NCBI GenBank assembly: GCA_964353555.1
Contig: CAYGWM010000017.1
Span: 1 to 57,853, forward strand
Reading direction: 5' to 3'
Origin: an uncultured Spirochaetales bacterium
GTDB lineage: Bacteria; Myxococcota_A; UBA9160; PR03
Length of the DNA stretch: 57,853 bases
How positions within the stretch are numbered: position 1 is the stretch's first letter; each line of letters begins with the position of its first letter. This document shows positions 28,150 through 35,713 of this stretch, one piece after another. The notes below the pieces were generated by a model that searched no databases, had not been told where the DNA came from, and saw only the letters and a program-made list of their open reading frames with translations. The position numbers were made by a program, and so were the translations under genes.

Positions 28150-29499
28150 ATGTCGATTTTCAAGGCATACGACATTCGCGGCGTGGTTCCGGGCGAGCTG
28201 CGCGCCGAAGCCGTCTACCGGATCGGTCGGGCGGTGGCGCGCTGGCTCGGAGGCGTCGAGCTGGCGGTGGGTCGCGATGCGCGTCGCAGCTCGCCCGAAC
28301 TCGCCGAAGCGCTCGTGCGCGGCATCAACGACGAAGGCGTATCGGTCGTCGACATCGGTCTGGTCTCGACGCCGATGCTCTACTTCGCCGTCGACCAGAT
28401 GGCGCTCGCCGGCGGCGTGATGATCACCGCGTCGCACAATCCCGCCCACTACAACGGGCTCAAGATCTGCCGCGAGCACGCGATCCCTGTGGGCGGCGAC
28501 TCGGGCTTGCCGGAGATCGAGAAACTCACAGCCGAAGCGACCGGTGTCGCCCGTGCGCCGCGCGGCTCCATGCGCAGTGCCGACGTCCGGGACGCATACG
28601 TGCGCCACGCGAGCTCCGTCGGCGGCCGTTGCCCGAAGCTGCGAATCGTCATCGACTGTGGCAACGGCATGGCGTCGGTGGGACTCGAACGGCTGCTGCC
28701 CGGACTGCCGCTCGACGTTGAACGGCTCTACTTCGAGCCCGACGGCACCTTTCCGAATCACGAAGCCGACCCGCTGAAGCGCGAGAACCTCGAAGATCTG
28801 ATCGCCGCCGTAAAGCGCAGCGGTGCGCAACTCGGTGTCGCATTCGACGGCGATGGCGACCGCGCGATGTTCGTCGACGAAACCGGCGAGCCGATCAGCG
28901 CGGACCTGATCACGGGCCTGCTCGCGGCTTCGCAGCTCCGCCGCCACGGTGGCAGGGGCCTCGTTCTCTTCGATCTGCGCTCGAGTCGCGCGACGGCCGA
29001 GGCGATCGCGGCCGCGGGCGGCACGCCCCGCATGTGCCGGGTGGGGCACGCCTTCATCAAGGCGCAGATGCGCGAGAGCGGCGCGATCTTCGCGGGCGAG
29101 CTGTCGGGTCACTTCTACTTCCGCTTCAGCTCAACACTCGTTCACGACGACGGCACGGCCGCGCTGGTCGCGCTGCTCGACGTGCTCGCGGAAACGGGCA
29201 AGCCGCTCTCGGAACTGGTGCGACCGCTGCGACGCTATGTAGCGAGCGGTGAGCTCAACCAGCACGTCGCCGACATTCCCGGGCTGCTCGCGGCGCTCGA
29301 AGCCGATCACGCTGGCAACGCGGAGATCTCCAAACTCGATGGGCTGCTGGTCCGCTATCCCGAATGGTGGTTCAACGTGCGCGCTTCGAATACCGAGCCG
29401 GTCGTGCGGCTGAATCTCGAGGCAGCGAACGACGCCGCGATGTGTGCGCACCGCGATGCGCTGCTCGCGCAGATCGCGACCTTCGCGCGCAACTCATGA
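28150..29499 (+). CDS. Phosphomannomutase/phosphoglucomutase
   Basis: MSIFKAYDIRG, TASHNP (phospho-Ser), FDGDGDR (metal loop), GELSGH, RASNTEP. Confidence 0.96.
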   Translation: MSIFKAYDIRGVVPGELRAEAVYRIGRAVARWLGGVELAVGRDARRSSPELAEALVRGINDEGVSVVDIGLVSTPMLYFAVDQMALAGGVMITASHNPAHYNGLKICREHAIPVGGDSGLPEIEKLTAEATGVARAPRGSMRSADVRDAYVRHASSVGGRCPKLRIVIDCGNGMASVGLERLLPGLPLDVERLYFEPDGTFPNHEADPLKRENLEDLIAAVKRSGAQLGVAFDGDGDRAMFVDETGEPISADLITGLLAASQLRRHGGRGLVLFDLRSSRATAEAIAAAGGTPRMCRVGHAFIKAQMRESGAIFAGELSGHFYFRFSSTLVHDDGTAALVALLDVLAETGKPLSELVRPLRRYVASGELNQHVADIPGLLAALEADHAGNAEISKLDGLLVRYPEWWFNVRASNTEPVVRLNLEAANDAAMCAHRDALLAQIATFARNS

Positions 29500-29501
29500 T
29501 C

Positions 29502-29533
29502 CTCGCCGCTCGCCGTTGGCTCGCTACGCGGGA
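29502..29533. repeat. REP-like dispersed repeat copy
   Basis: CTCGCCGCTCGCCGTTGGCTCGCTACGCGGGA just after the phosphohexomutase stop, between convergent genes. Confidence 0.8.
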
Positions 29534-29548
29534 CTAGCGCGGCGCCCG

Positions 29549-30331
29549 TCACGCGACGTTCAGGTGCTTCGCGAGGAAGCTCCACATCGTCTTGAGGCCC
29601 GCGCCGGGCAGATCGTCGTGACCGCATTCGAACCAGGCGATCTCCTTCGGGTCGCCCGCGGCAGCGTGCAGTGCTTCGGCGGCGGCGCGCGGGATCCGCT
29701 CGTCGCGGGTCGCGTTCACGAAGAGCAGCGGACGCGGCGCGAACGCTCCGATTCGCGCCGCCGGGTCGAAGTCCAGCGGGCCGATGCCCGCCCCGCCGAG
29801 TGCGAGCGCAGCGGCACGCGGGCGCGGATCGGTCGGGCAGAACAGCGCGCCGAGGATCGCTCCGAGGCTGAATCCCGCATAGGCGACCCGCTGCGCATCG
29901 AGTTCGGGGAACTCGGCGAGCGCGTCGAATGCGCGTCCGAGATCGACGACCGATTGTCGCGAGAACTCGCTCCAGAGCGCGATCGTGTCCGCGTGCGCCG
30001 CGCGCACGGTGTTCGCCGCCACGCCGAGCAGCTGCTCGCTCAGCTTCGCCGAACTCCGCTCGCCGTGGAGCGGGAAGTCGATCGACGCGACCGCGACTCC
30101 GCGCTGCACCCACGGCAGCCGCGCCGCGTCGAGGTAGTCGGAATGCTTCGAACCGCCGGCGCCATGCTGCAGCAGCACGAGCGGGAAGGGCCCGTGACCT
30201 TCGGCGGGGAGCAACAGCAGCCCCGGCACGCGATCGCCGCGACTCGAGTACTCGAAGCGTCGCGCGCGCAGGCTCGGAGCGTCTGCGGGCGCCTCGGCAT
30301 CGGTGGTCCACAACGCAATGGGTTCGGTCAT
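29549..30331 (-). CDS. Alpha/beta hydrolase (dienelactone hydrolase-like)
   Basis: VLLQHGAGG, GFSLG nucleophile elbow, NATRDERIP, WFECGH. Confidence 0.85.
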   Translation of the reverse strand: MTEPIALWTTDAEAPADAPSLRARRFEYSSRGDRVPGLLLLPAEGHGPFPLVLLQHGAGGSKHSDYLDAARLPWVQRGVAVASIDFPLHGERSSAKLSEQLLGVAANTVRAAHADTIALWSEFSRQSVVDLGRAFDALAEFPELDAQRVAYAGFSLGAILGALFCPTDPRPRAAALALGGAGIGPLDFDPAARIGAFAPRPLLFVNATRDERIPRAAAEALHAAAGDPKEIAWFECGHDDLPGAGLKTMWSFLAKHLNVA

Positions 30332-30420
30332 CGGCGCAGTCTACCGCCGGCAAAGAGCGGGCAAGAAAAAGCGCGCAAGAGCAGAGCCCTCGCGCGCTTT
30401 GGAATCGGCTCCATCCAGCC

Positions 30421-31002
30421 CTAGCTGGCCAGCAGTAACTTACGGGCGCGGTAGAGATGCGACTTCACCGCGTCCTCGCTCTTCGATAGCAACTGCGCGA
30501 TCTCTTGGATCGAGCGGTTTTCGATGTGATGGAGTTGAAAGAGCTGGCGCTGCTCGTCGGAGAGGTCGGTCGACACGGCACCCTCGAGACGCGCCAAGCG
30601 CTCGGAATACTCGTACGCCTCGAGCGGGTCGGGCTCACGGGCGACGCCGTGGTAGCCGGTCTCGGCATCGTCTTCGCCGAGCGGGACGAGAGTGGGAATC
30701 CGCTTCTTGAAGCGTCCGGCGACCGTGCGCCGCGTGAGTCCGAAGACCCAAGCGCCAAACGGCGCCTCACCACGGAAGGAGTCGATTGAAGCGAACACGT
30801 TGACGAAGACCTCTTGGACAGTCTCCTCGGTGTCCGCGCGATTTCGTAAGCGACGTGCCACGAAATGGAAGATGCGTGCGAAGTAGCGCTCATAGAGCTC
30901 GCCAAAGGCATCCTGTTCGCCCGAGCGGACCCGCTCGACCAGGATCTCATCGGCTACCGGACAAGCAGCGAGCTCAGGGCTCGCCAGCGTCGGTGCGGCC
31001 AT
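30421..31002 (-). CDS. ECF (sigma-24 type) RNA polymerase sigma factor
   Basis: Region 2 FGELYERY..DTEETVQEVFV..F..W; region 4 LSDEQR..F.L......SIQEIA..L..SEDAVKSHLYRARK.L. Confidence 0.93.
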   Translation of the reverse strand: MAAPTLASPELAACPVADEILVERVRSGEQDAFGELYERYFARIFHFVARRLRNRADTEETVQEVFVNVFASIDSFRGEAPFGAWVFGLTRRTVAGRFKKRIPTLVPLGEDDAETGYHGVAREPDPLEAYEYSERLARLEGAVSTDLSDEQRQLFQLHHIENRSIQEIAQLLSKSEDAVKSHLYRARKLLLAS

Positions 31003-31139
31003 ACCGTCCGTTCCCCTTTCCCCAGGTTCCGCGGCGCACCCACTTCATGATGCAGCTCCACGTCGCAGGGTTCCGATTGCTCAGAACCTCTGCAGGCATC
31101 CAGCCCCCGGTGAGGTAGTGGCGTCGGCCCCTGCACAGG

Positions 31140-31174
31140 TGTCAAAAAACGTCACTTTTTGACCAGAATTGTCA
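31140..31174. promoter_or_regulatory. Operator-like inverted and phased repeats upstream of the ECF sigma gene
   Basis: GTCAAAAA-N7-TTTTTGAC perfect inverted repeat (31141-31163); GTCA at 31141, 31151 and 31171; TTGACA on the minus strand at 31145-31140. Confidence 0.55.
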
Positions 31175-31306
31175 GTGATGGCGCGTGGAAACGGCCCCGA
31201 AGGCTCCGGATACCGGCGAACCGAGCCCAATTGACCTGGCGCGCGAGGCAGCGCGCGCCACACCCCTCCGCAACCAAGGTGGCGCAGAGGCACCGCACGT
31301 GGCGTC

Positions 31307-31834
31307 TCAGTTGGCGAAGTCGGCCTCGCGGAGCCCGGTGCGGAACACCGAGGCGGGCCGACGCGAGGGCGCAGGTCCTGCGCGGTCGACGCGACGCTCC
31401 GGCTCGACGCATTCGAGTTCGACCTGCCCGGCTTCCCCGGCGATCCGCCATCGCGCCAGCACGATCGCAGCGCCCGCTGCTTCCCGCGCCGCGATACGCA
31501 TGGCCCGGTCGAAGTCGCGAGCAATCAACAGCGCGCGCGCGGGCGGCTCCTCCCGCACGGCGAGCGTCGGCGCCAGCTTGCGCCAGTCGGCGATGCGCGC
31601 CTCCACCCAGGCTCGTTGCACGAGACCCGCTTGCAGCAGTGCCGCGCTTCCGGTGCCGTTCGCGACGAGCACCACGAATGCGCGACCATCCGGTGCGGCG
31701 GCCACCCAATCGATCACACCGTCTGCTTCGCCGAGCACGTCCTCGGCGATCACTTCGAGTGGCGTTCCCAGTTGGCCCAGGTGCGGCGCAAGTGCGCGAC
31801 GCAGCGCTCTCTGGTCATCGTCGGCTTCAGCCAT
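31307..31834 (-). CDS. Hypothetical protein, possibly a degenerate NucS/PD-(D/E)xK-fold protein
   Basis: LEVIAEDV...GVIDWVAAAPDGRAFVVLV..G...LLQA resembles the IDxLAxDxxGxxVVIELK core but lacks ExK; ATG overlaps the upstream stop. Confidence 0.55.
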   Translation of the reverse strand: MAEADDDQRALRRALAPHLGQLGTPLEVIAEDVLGEADGVIDWVAAAPDGRAFVVLVANGTGSAALLQAGLVQRAWVEARIADWRKLAPTLAVREEPPARALLIARDFDRAMRIAAREAAGAAIVLARWRIAGEAGQVELECVEPERRVDRAGPAPSRRPASVFRTGLREADFAN

Positions 31835-32594
31835 CCGCGGCGCCATGCGCGTCTTCGAGCAGCATCGCCGCGACGTCGGCAAGCGCACGCGCCGATGCCG
31901 CGTGGGCGCTCGCGAGCGCGATCGGCCGACCGGTGACGATCGAGCGCGAGAGATGGACGTCGTCGACCAGCAGTCCGTAACTGATCAGCGTACAGCCGAG
32001 CCGCTGCTCGGCGGCGGCGGCGAGCCGTTCGAAGCAGTCGCGGGCTTCTGCGATCGACCGGACGCCAAAGACGGTCACGCCGATACGAGCGTTGCGCGAA
32101 TGCGTCGCGATCGCTTCGAGCGCGGTCCACGCGTCGTGCGCCTCCGCCTCGTGGGGCCGCACCATCAGCAACGTCCATCGGAGCAGCGCTTCTGCGTCCG
32201 CCGTCTTGTCGAGATACGATGCCGGGAGCGCCACCAGCGCGAGCGCGCGATCGCGTGCGGCGGCGCCACGCACCCACTCTTCGGCGATGCGCGCCAGCTC
32301 CGCGGGCGCGTCGGCCTCGGCGCGAATCGACAACGCGCCGAGCGGTCCGCGACCCGGCAGCGGCCAAGCGGGTGTCGCGCACAGCGAACGCGGCGCCAGC
32401 AGCGCAGCGCGTGCGTTCTGGCGGGCCGCTTCGACCGCCAGGTTCCACAGCAGCGCCCCGCGCACCGGGTCGGCATTCGCGAACGGCACACCGACGAGCG
32501 GCAGCGCCTCGTCCGTCCCGTCTGTGGGCACCGCAGCACTGCCGGTCAGCTCCGGCGCGAAGAAGTGCAGTACGTCGCCGAGATCGTGCGGCAT
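31827..32594 (-). CDS. MinD/FlhG/ParA-like protein with a degenerate P-loop
   Basis: LVGVPFANADPVRGALLWNLAVEAARQNARAALL aligns with the MinD N-terminus but lacks KGGxGKT; C-terminal YGLLVDDVHLSRSIVTGRPIAL...ASARALADVA resembles the FlhG/MinD end. Confidence 0.65.
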   Translation of the reverse strand: MPHDLGDVLHFFAPELTGSAAVPTDGTDEALPLVGVPFANADPVRGALLWNLAVEAARQNARAALLAPRSLCATPAWPLPGRGPLGALSIRAEADAPAELARIAEEWVRGAAARDRALALVALPASYLDKTADAEALLRWTLLMVRPHEAEAHDAWTALEAIATHSRNARIGVTVFGVRSIAEARDCFERLAAAAEQRLGCTLISYGLLVDDVHLSRSIVTGRPIALASAHAASARALADVAAMLLEDAHGAADG

Positions 32595-32600
32595 CGGAAC

Positions 32601-32645
32601 CTCATGAACTTCGATCGGCTGCGAAGACTTTCCCTCGCGGCGCGG
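32601..32645. repeat. Degenerate REP-like copy between ParA-CBM and the MinD-like gene
   Basis: CTCATGAACTTCGATCGGCT...CCTCGCGGCGCGG versus the reverse complement of the rlmN copy, ATGAACTTCGCTCGCCT..GCTCGCTGCGCGG. Confidence 0.45.
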
Positions 32646-32658
32646 CGACGGTCGCCTG

Positions 32659-33741
32659 TTAGCGGACCACCAGCAGTGAGTTCGGCGGCCCCATTGCGGT
32701 GGCTATGCGATCGGGATTGGCCGGATCCTCGCGCCACTCGCCGTCGACCACGTAGCGGTACTCGTAGGTGCCCGGCGCGAGTCGCAACACCTTGCGCCAC
32801 ACGCGCGTCTCGCCCTCCTGGTGCGTCGAGGACAACACGCCGCGATCGGGCACCCAGCCGTTGAAGTCGCCCGCGATGCGCACGTCGGCGACGCCGGGGT
32901 CGCGGTATTCGATCACCACCTCGCGCGGCGGCGGCGCGGTGATCGCCGTTTCCGCCATCTGCTCGAGCTGCGCAGGCGCGCGCGCGGCGACTTCGGTCGC
33001 GAGTGCAGCGTAATCGGCGGCCCCGTTCGAGGACGGCGCCATCCGCACGACGGGCAACCCGCGGCGCGCGGCCTCGCGGAGCTTCACGCTGTTGCGGATC
33101 ACCGTGTCGAAGCAGGCGTCGCCGAAGCGCGTGCGGATCTCGGCGAGGGTTTCGCGGGCGAAACGCGTGCGACCGTCATAGAGCGTCGCGAGGATGCGTA
33201 CATCGGGCGCAATTTGCAACCGCTCGGCCAGCAGCGCGATCGTTTCGAGCAGCTTGTGGACGCCGTGCAACGCGAAGTGACTCGCCTCGACCGGCACGAT
33301 CACTTCGTGCGCCGCACGCAGCGCGTTGAAGGTGAGCAGCCCCACGTTCGGCGGACAATCGATCAGCACGTAGTCGTAGGGTTCCGGAAGCTGCGCGAGC
33401 GCGCGCGCCAGCCGATCGGTGCGCGATTCGGCGCGCTGCTGGGCGAGCTTCTGCTCGAGCGCCGACAGCACGATCCCCGATGGCGCCACGTGAAGTCGCT
33501 CGCCGGCGGGCACGATCACTTCGGCCAGCCGCGCGACGCCTTCCTCCTCGGCGAGTACTTCGTAGAGGTTCTCGTCGAGCGACTCCGGGTCGATGCCGAG
33601 CGCGATGCTGGCATGCGCCTGCGGGTCGATGTCGACCACGAGCACGCGTGCTCCGTCCATCACGAGACAGCCGGCGAGGTTCACGGCCGTGGTCGTCTTG
33701 GCGCAGCCGCCCTTTTGGTTCACGATGGCGATGGTGCGCAT
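32659..33741 (-). CDS. ParA/Soj-family ATPase fused to a C-terminal glycogen-binding CBM48/AMPK-type domain
   Basis: NQKGGCAKTT deviant Walker A, DIDPQAHA, DCPP, YDGRT, IRNSVKLREA; C-terminal VRIAGDFNGW...LAPGTYEYRYVVDGEW.EDPANP...NSLLVV. Confidence 0.92.
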   Translation of the reverse strand: MRTIAIVNQKGGCAKTTTAVNLAGCLVMDGARVLVVDIDPQAHASIALGIDPESLDENLYEVLAEEEGVARLAEVIVPAGERLHVAPSGIVLSALEQKLAQQRAESRTDRLARALAQLPEPYDYVLIDCPPNVGLLTFNALRAAHEVIVPVEASHFALHGVHKLLETIALLAERLQIAPDVRILATLYDGRTRFARETLAEIRTRFGDACFDTVIRNSVKLREAARRGLPVVRMAPSSNGAADYAALATEVAARAPAQLEQMAETAITAPPPREVVIEYRDPGVADVRIAGDFNGWVPDRGVLSSTHQEGETRVWRKVLRLAPGTYEYRYVVDGEWREDPANPDRIATAMGPPNSLLVVR

Positions 33742-33761
33742 GACGATCCTCCCTCCGCTAC

Positions 33762-34178
33762 TCAGGAACCCGATCGCGCCTCCGCTTCGAGCCCCAGTCC
33801 CTGCTCGACTTCGCGCTGGAGCTTCGACACCTCGAAGATCCACTCCTGTCCGGAGACGGCTTCGAAGGTCGAGCCTTCATGCAGCACCAGCACGAGGTCG
33901 CCCGTCGCGACCAGGACCAACTCGGAAAGCGGCCTCTGCACCTCGGGAAGGATCCGTTTGAGCGAGCCGATGCTGTGACGGATCCGCTGGACCGAGACGC
34001 CGGCGTCGATCAATTGCCTCGCAGCGCGAAGCGCCACGAGATCTTCGAACGTGTAGCGGTGGTGCCCTCCCTGGGTCCGAGCCGAAGGGGCGACGAGGTC
34101 CGTCTCTGCCCAGTACTGAAGCTGGCGGCGCGAGACGCCCAGGATCCGGACCACCTGACCGGTACGAAACAGACGCAT
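33762..34178 (-). CDS. MerR-family HTH transcriptional regulator
   Basis: FRTGQVVRILGVSRRQLQYWAETDLVAPS..GGHHRYTFEDL..LR..RQL.DAGVSVQRIR. Confidence 0.9.
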   Translation of the reverse strand: MRLFRTGQVVRILGVSRRQLQYWAETDLVAPSARTQGGHHRYTFEDLVALRAARQLIDAGVSVQRIRHSIGSLKRILPEVQRPLSELVLVATGDLVLVLHEGSTFEAVSGQEWIFEVSKLQREVEQGLGLEAEARSGS

Positions 34179-34280
34179 TGCGCGAGCGCCGGATCTCGCA
34201 GCGAGAGCGGATGACGGACGCAGCGAAGAAGACGGTGAAGTCACGGACCGAACACCCCCAAACACGTCCTCAGTGCCGAC

Positions 34281-34308
34281 GTTATCTGCGGGCGCGACAG
34301 GAAGTCAA
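34281..34308 (-). promoter_or_regulatory. Possible sigma70 promoter for the MerR-ParA operon
   Basis: Minus strand TTGACT-N16-GATAAC. Confidence 0.4.
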
Positions 34309-34377
34309 TCAGAAACACAGCGGATTTGTTGTGGTCGGACCGTTCCCGCTCGCAAACGCGTGCGGTAGGCTGCGCAT

Positions 34378-35559
34378 ATGAAGCCCCAAGCGAGGCGGGG
34401 CGACGCGACCACGAGCGGTCGCGAGCGCATCTACATCGAGCACGACGCGGTTCGGCGGCCGTTCATGCGCGGGATCCTGGTGCATTCGCTGATGGCGCGT
34501 GGGCTCGCCTTCGAAGACGCCTACGCCAGCGCGAACGCGGTGCGCGAACGTTTGCGCGGGCGCGGCTCGGTCACGGTCGAAGACCTCGGCCGCGCCGTGC
34601 AAGAAGTGCTGCGCGAGCGCTCGCTGCCCGAGGAAGTCGCGGGTCCCCCCGTCGGCCCCACCATTCACGTGACGACTCCCACGGGCGCGGCGCCCTTCTC
34701 GAAGGGCTTCCTGTCGCAGTCGCTGCACGCGGCGGCGATCGAGCCGAACGACGCCTTCGACGTCGCGCGCGAGATCGAGGGCCAGCTCGCGCTGCGTGGC
34801 GTTCGCGAAATCGATCGCCGCGAACTGCGCCGGCTTTCGTTCCAGGCGCTCGAGCGCCGCTTCGGGTCGCGCACGGCGGAACGCTACCTCGTCTGGCGTC
34901 GCTTCCAGGAACCGGATCGCCCGGTGATCCTGCTACTCGGCGGCGCCGCCGGTGCGGGCAAGACGTCGCTCGCGCTCGAAGTCGGACACCGGCTCGGCAT
35001 CCACCGCGTGCTCTCCACCGACGCGATCCGCCAGATCATGCGCATCATGCTCTCGCCCGAGCTGATGCCCGCCATCCATGCGTCCTCCTACGATGCCCAT
35101 CGCGCGCTCGGTCGTGGCGACGATGCGGTGATCGACGGTTTCCTCGCACAGGCGTCGATCGTGTCGGTAGGCGTGCGTGCGATGCTGGATCGCGCCGTCG
35201 CCGAGAATTCGAGCCAGATCCTCGACGGCGTTTCGATCGTGCCGGGACTCGTCGATCTCGCGGCCTACGCCGAGAGCGCGCACGTGATCTTCCTGGTCGT
35301 CGCGACGCTCGACGAGCGCTCCTTTCGCGCACGCTTCGAATCGCGCGCCCGCATGTCGCATCGGCCGGAGCATCGCTATCTCGAGCACTTCGACTCGATC
35401 CTGAAGATCCAGGACCACTTCCTCGAACTGGCCGACCGCCACGACATCCCGATCGTCGACAACGACTCGATCGAGTCGTCGGTGCTCTCGATCATCAAGC
35501 ACGTGACCGAGACGCTGCGGAAGGTCGGGCCTTTCGACGCCCAGGAACTGCTCGCGTAG
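34378..35559 (+). CDS. 2-phosphoglycerate-kinase-like P-loop kinase with two ATP-cone-like domains
   Basis: PFMRGILVHSL and PFSKGFLSQSL ATP-cone-like starts; ILLLGGAAGAGKTSLA.EVGHRLGI..V.STD.IRQIMR..IH.SSY; ILDGVSIVPG. Confidence 0.82.
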   Translation: MKPQARRGDATTSGRERIYIEHDAVRRPFMRGILVHSLMARGLAFEDAYASANAVRERLRGRGSVTVEDLGRAVQEVLRERSLPEEVAGPPVGPTIHVTTPTGAAPFSKGFLSQSLHAAAIEPNDAFDVAREIEGQLALRGVREIDRRELRRLSFQALERRFGSRTAERYLVWRRFQEPDRPVILLLGGAAGAGKTSLALEVGHRLGIHRVLSTDAIRQIMRIMLSPELMPAIHASSYDAHRALGRGDDAVIDGFLAQASIVSVGVRAMLDRAVAENSSQILDGVSIVPGLVDLAAYAESAHVIFLVVATLDERSFRARFESRARMSHRPEHRYLEHFDSILKIQDHFLELADRHDIPIVDNDSIESSVLSIIKHVTETLRKVGPFDAQELLA

Positions 35560-35597
35560 CCGCTGCGCCGCCGCCCGCCATTGCCGCTAAGATCGCC

Positions 35598-35681
35598 TCC
35601 CGCGTAGCGAGGCAAAGCCGAGCGGCGAGATCACAAAGATCACTTCCCGCGTAGCGAGGCAAAGCCGAGCGGCGAGATCAC
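35598..35681. repeat. Two direct copies (37 bp, period 47) of the REP-like element
   Basis: TCCCGCGTAGCGAGGCAAAGCCGAGCGGCGAGATCAC at 35598-35634 and 35645-35681; reverse complement matches copies at 155 and 29502. Confidence 0.9.
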
Positions 35682-35713
35682 CAGGCTCGGCTCGCAAGCC
35701 CGAAGGAGAGCGC

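Noticed and set aside
32659-33741. Chromosomal or plasmid parABS locus
   Set aside because: No ParB-like gene or parS palindrome nearby; ParA carries a carbohydrate-binding fusion
35598-35681. Mini-CRISPR (37-bp repeat x2)
   Set aside because: Spacer is only 10 nt, and the repeat matches dispersed intergenic copies elsewhere, so it fits a REP-like element
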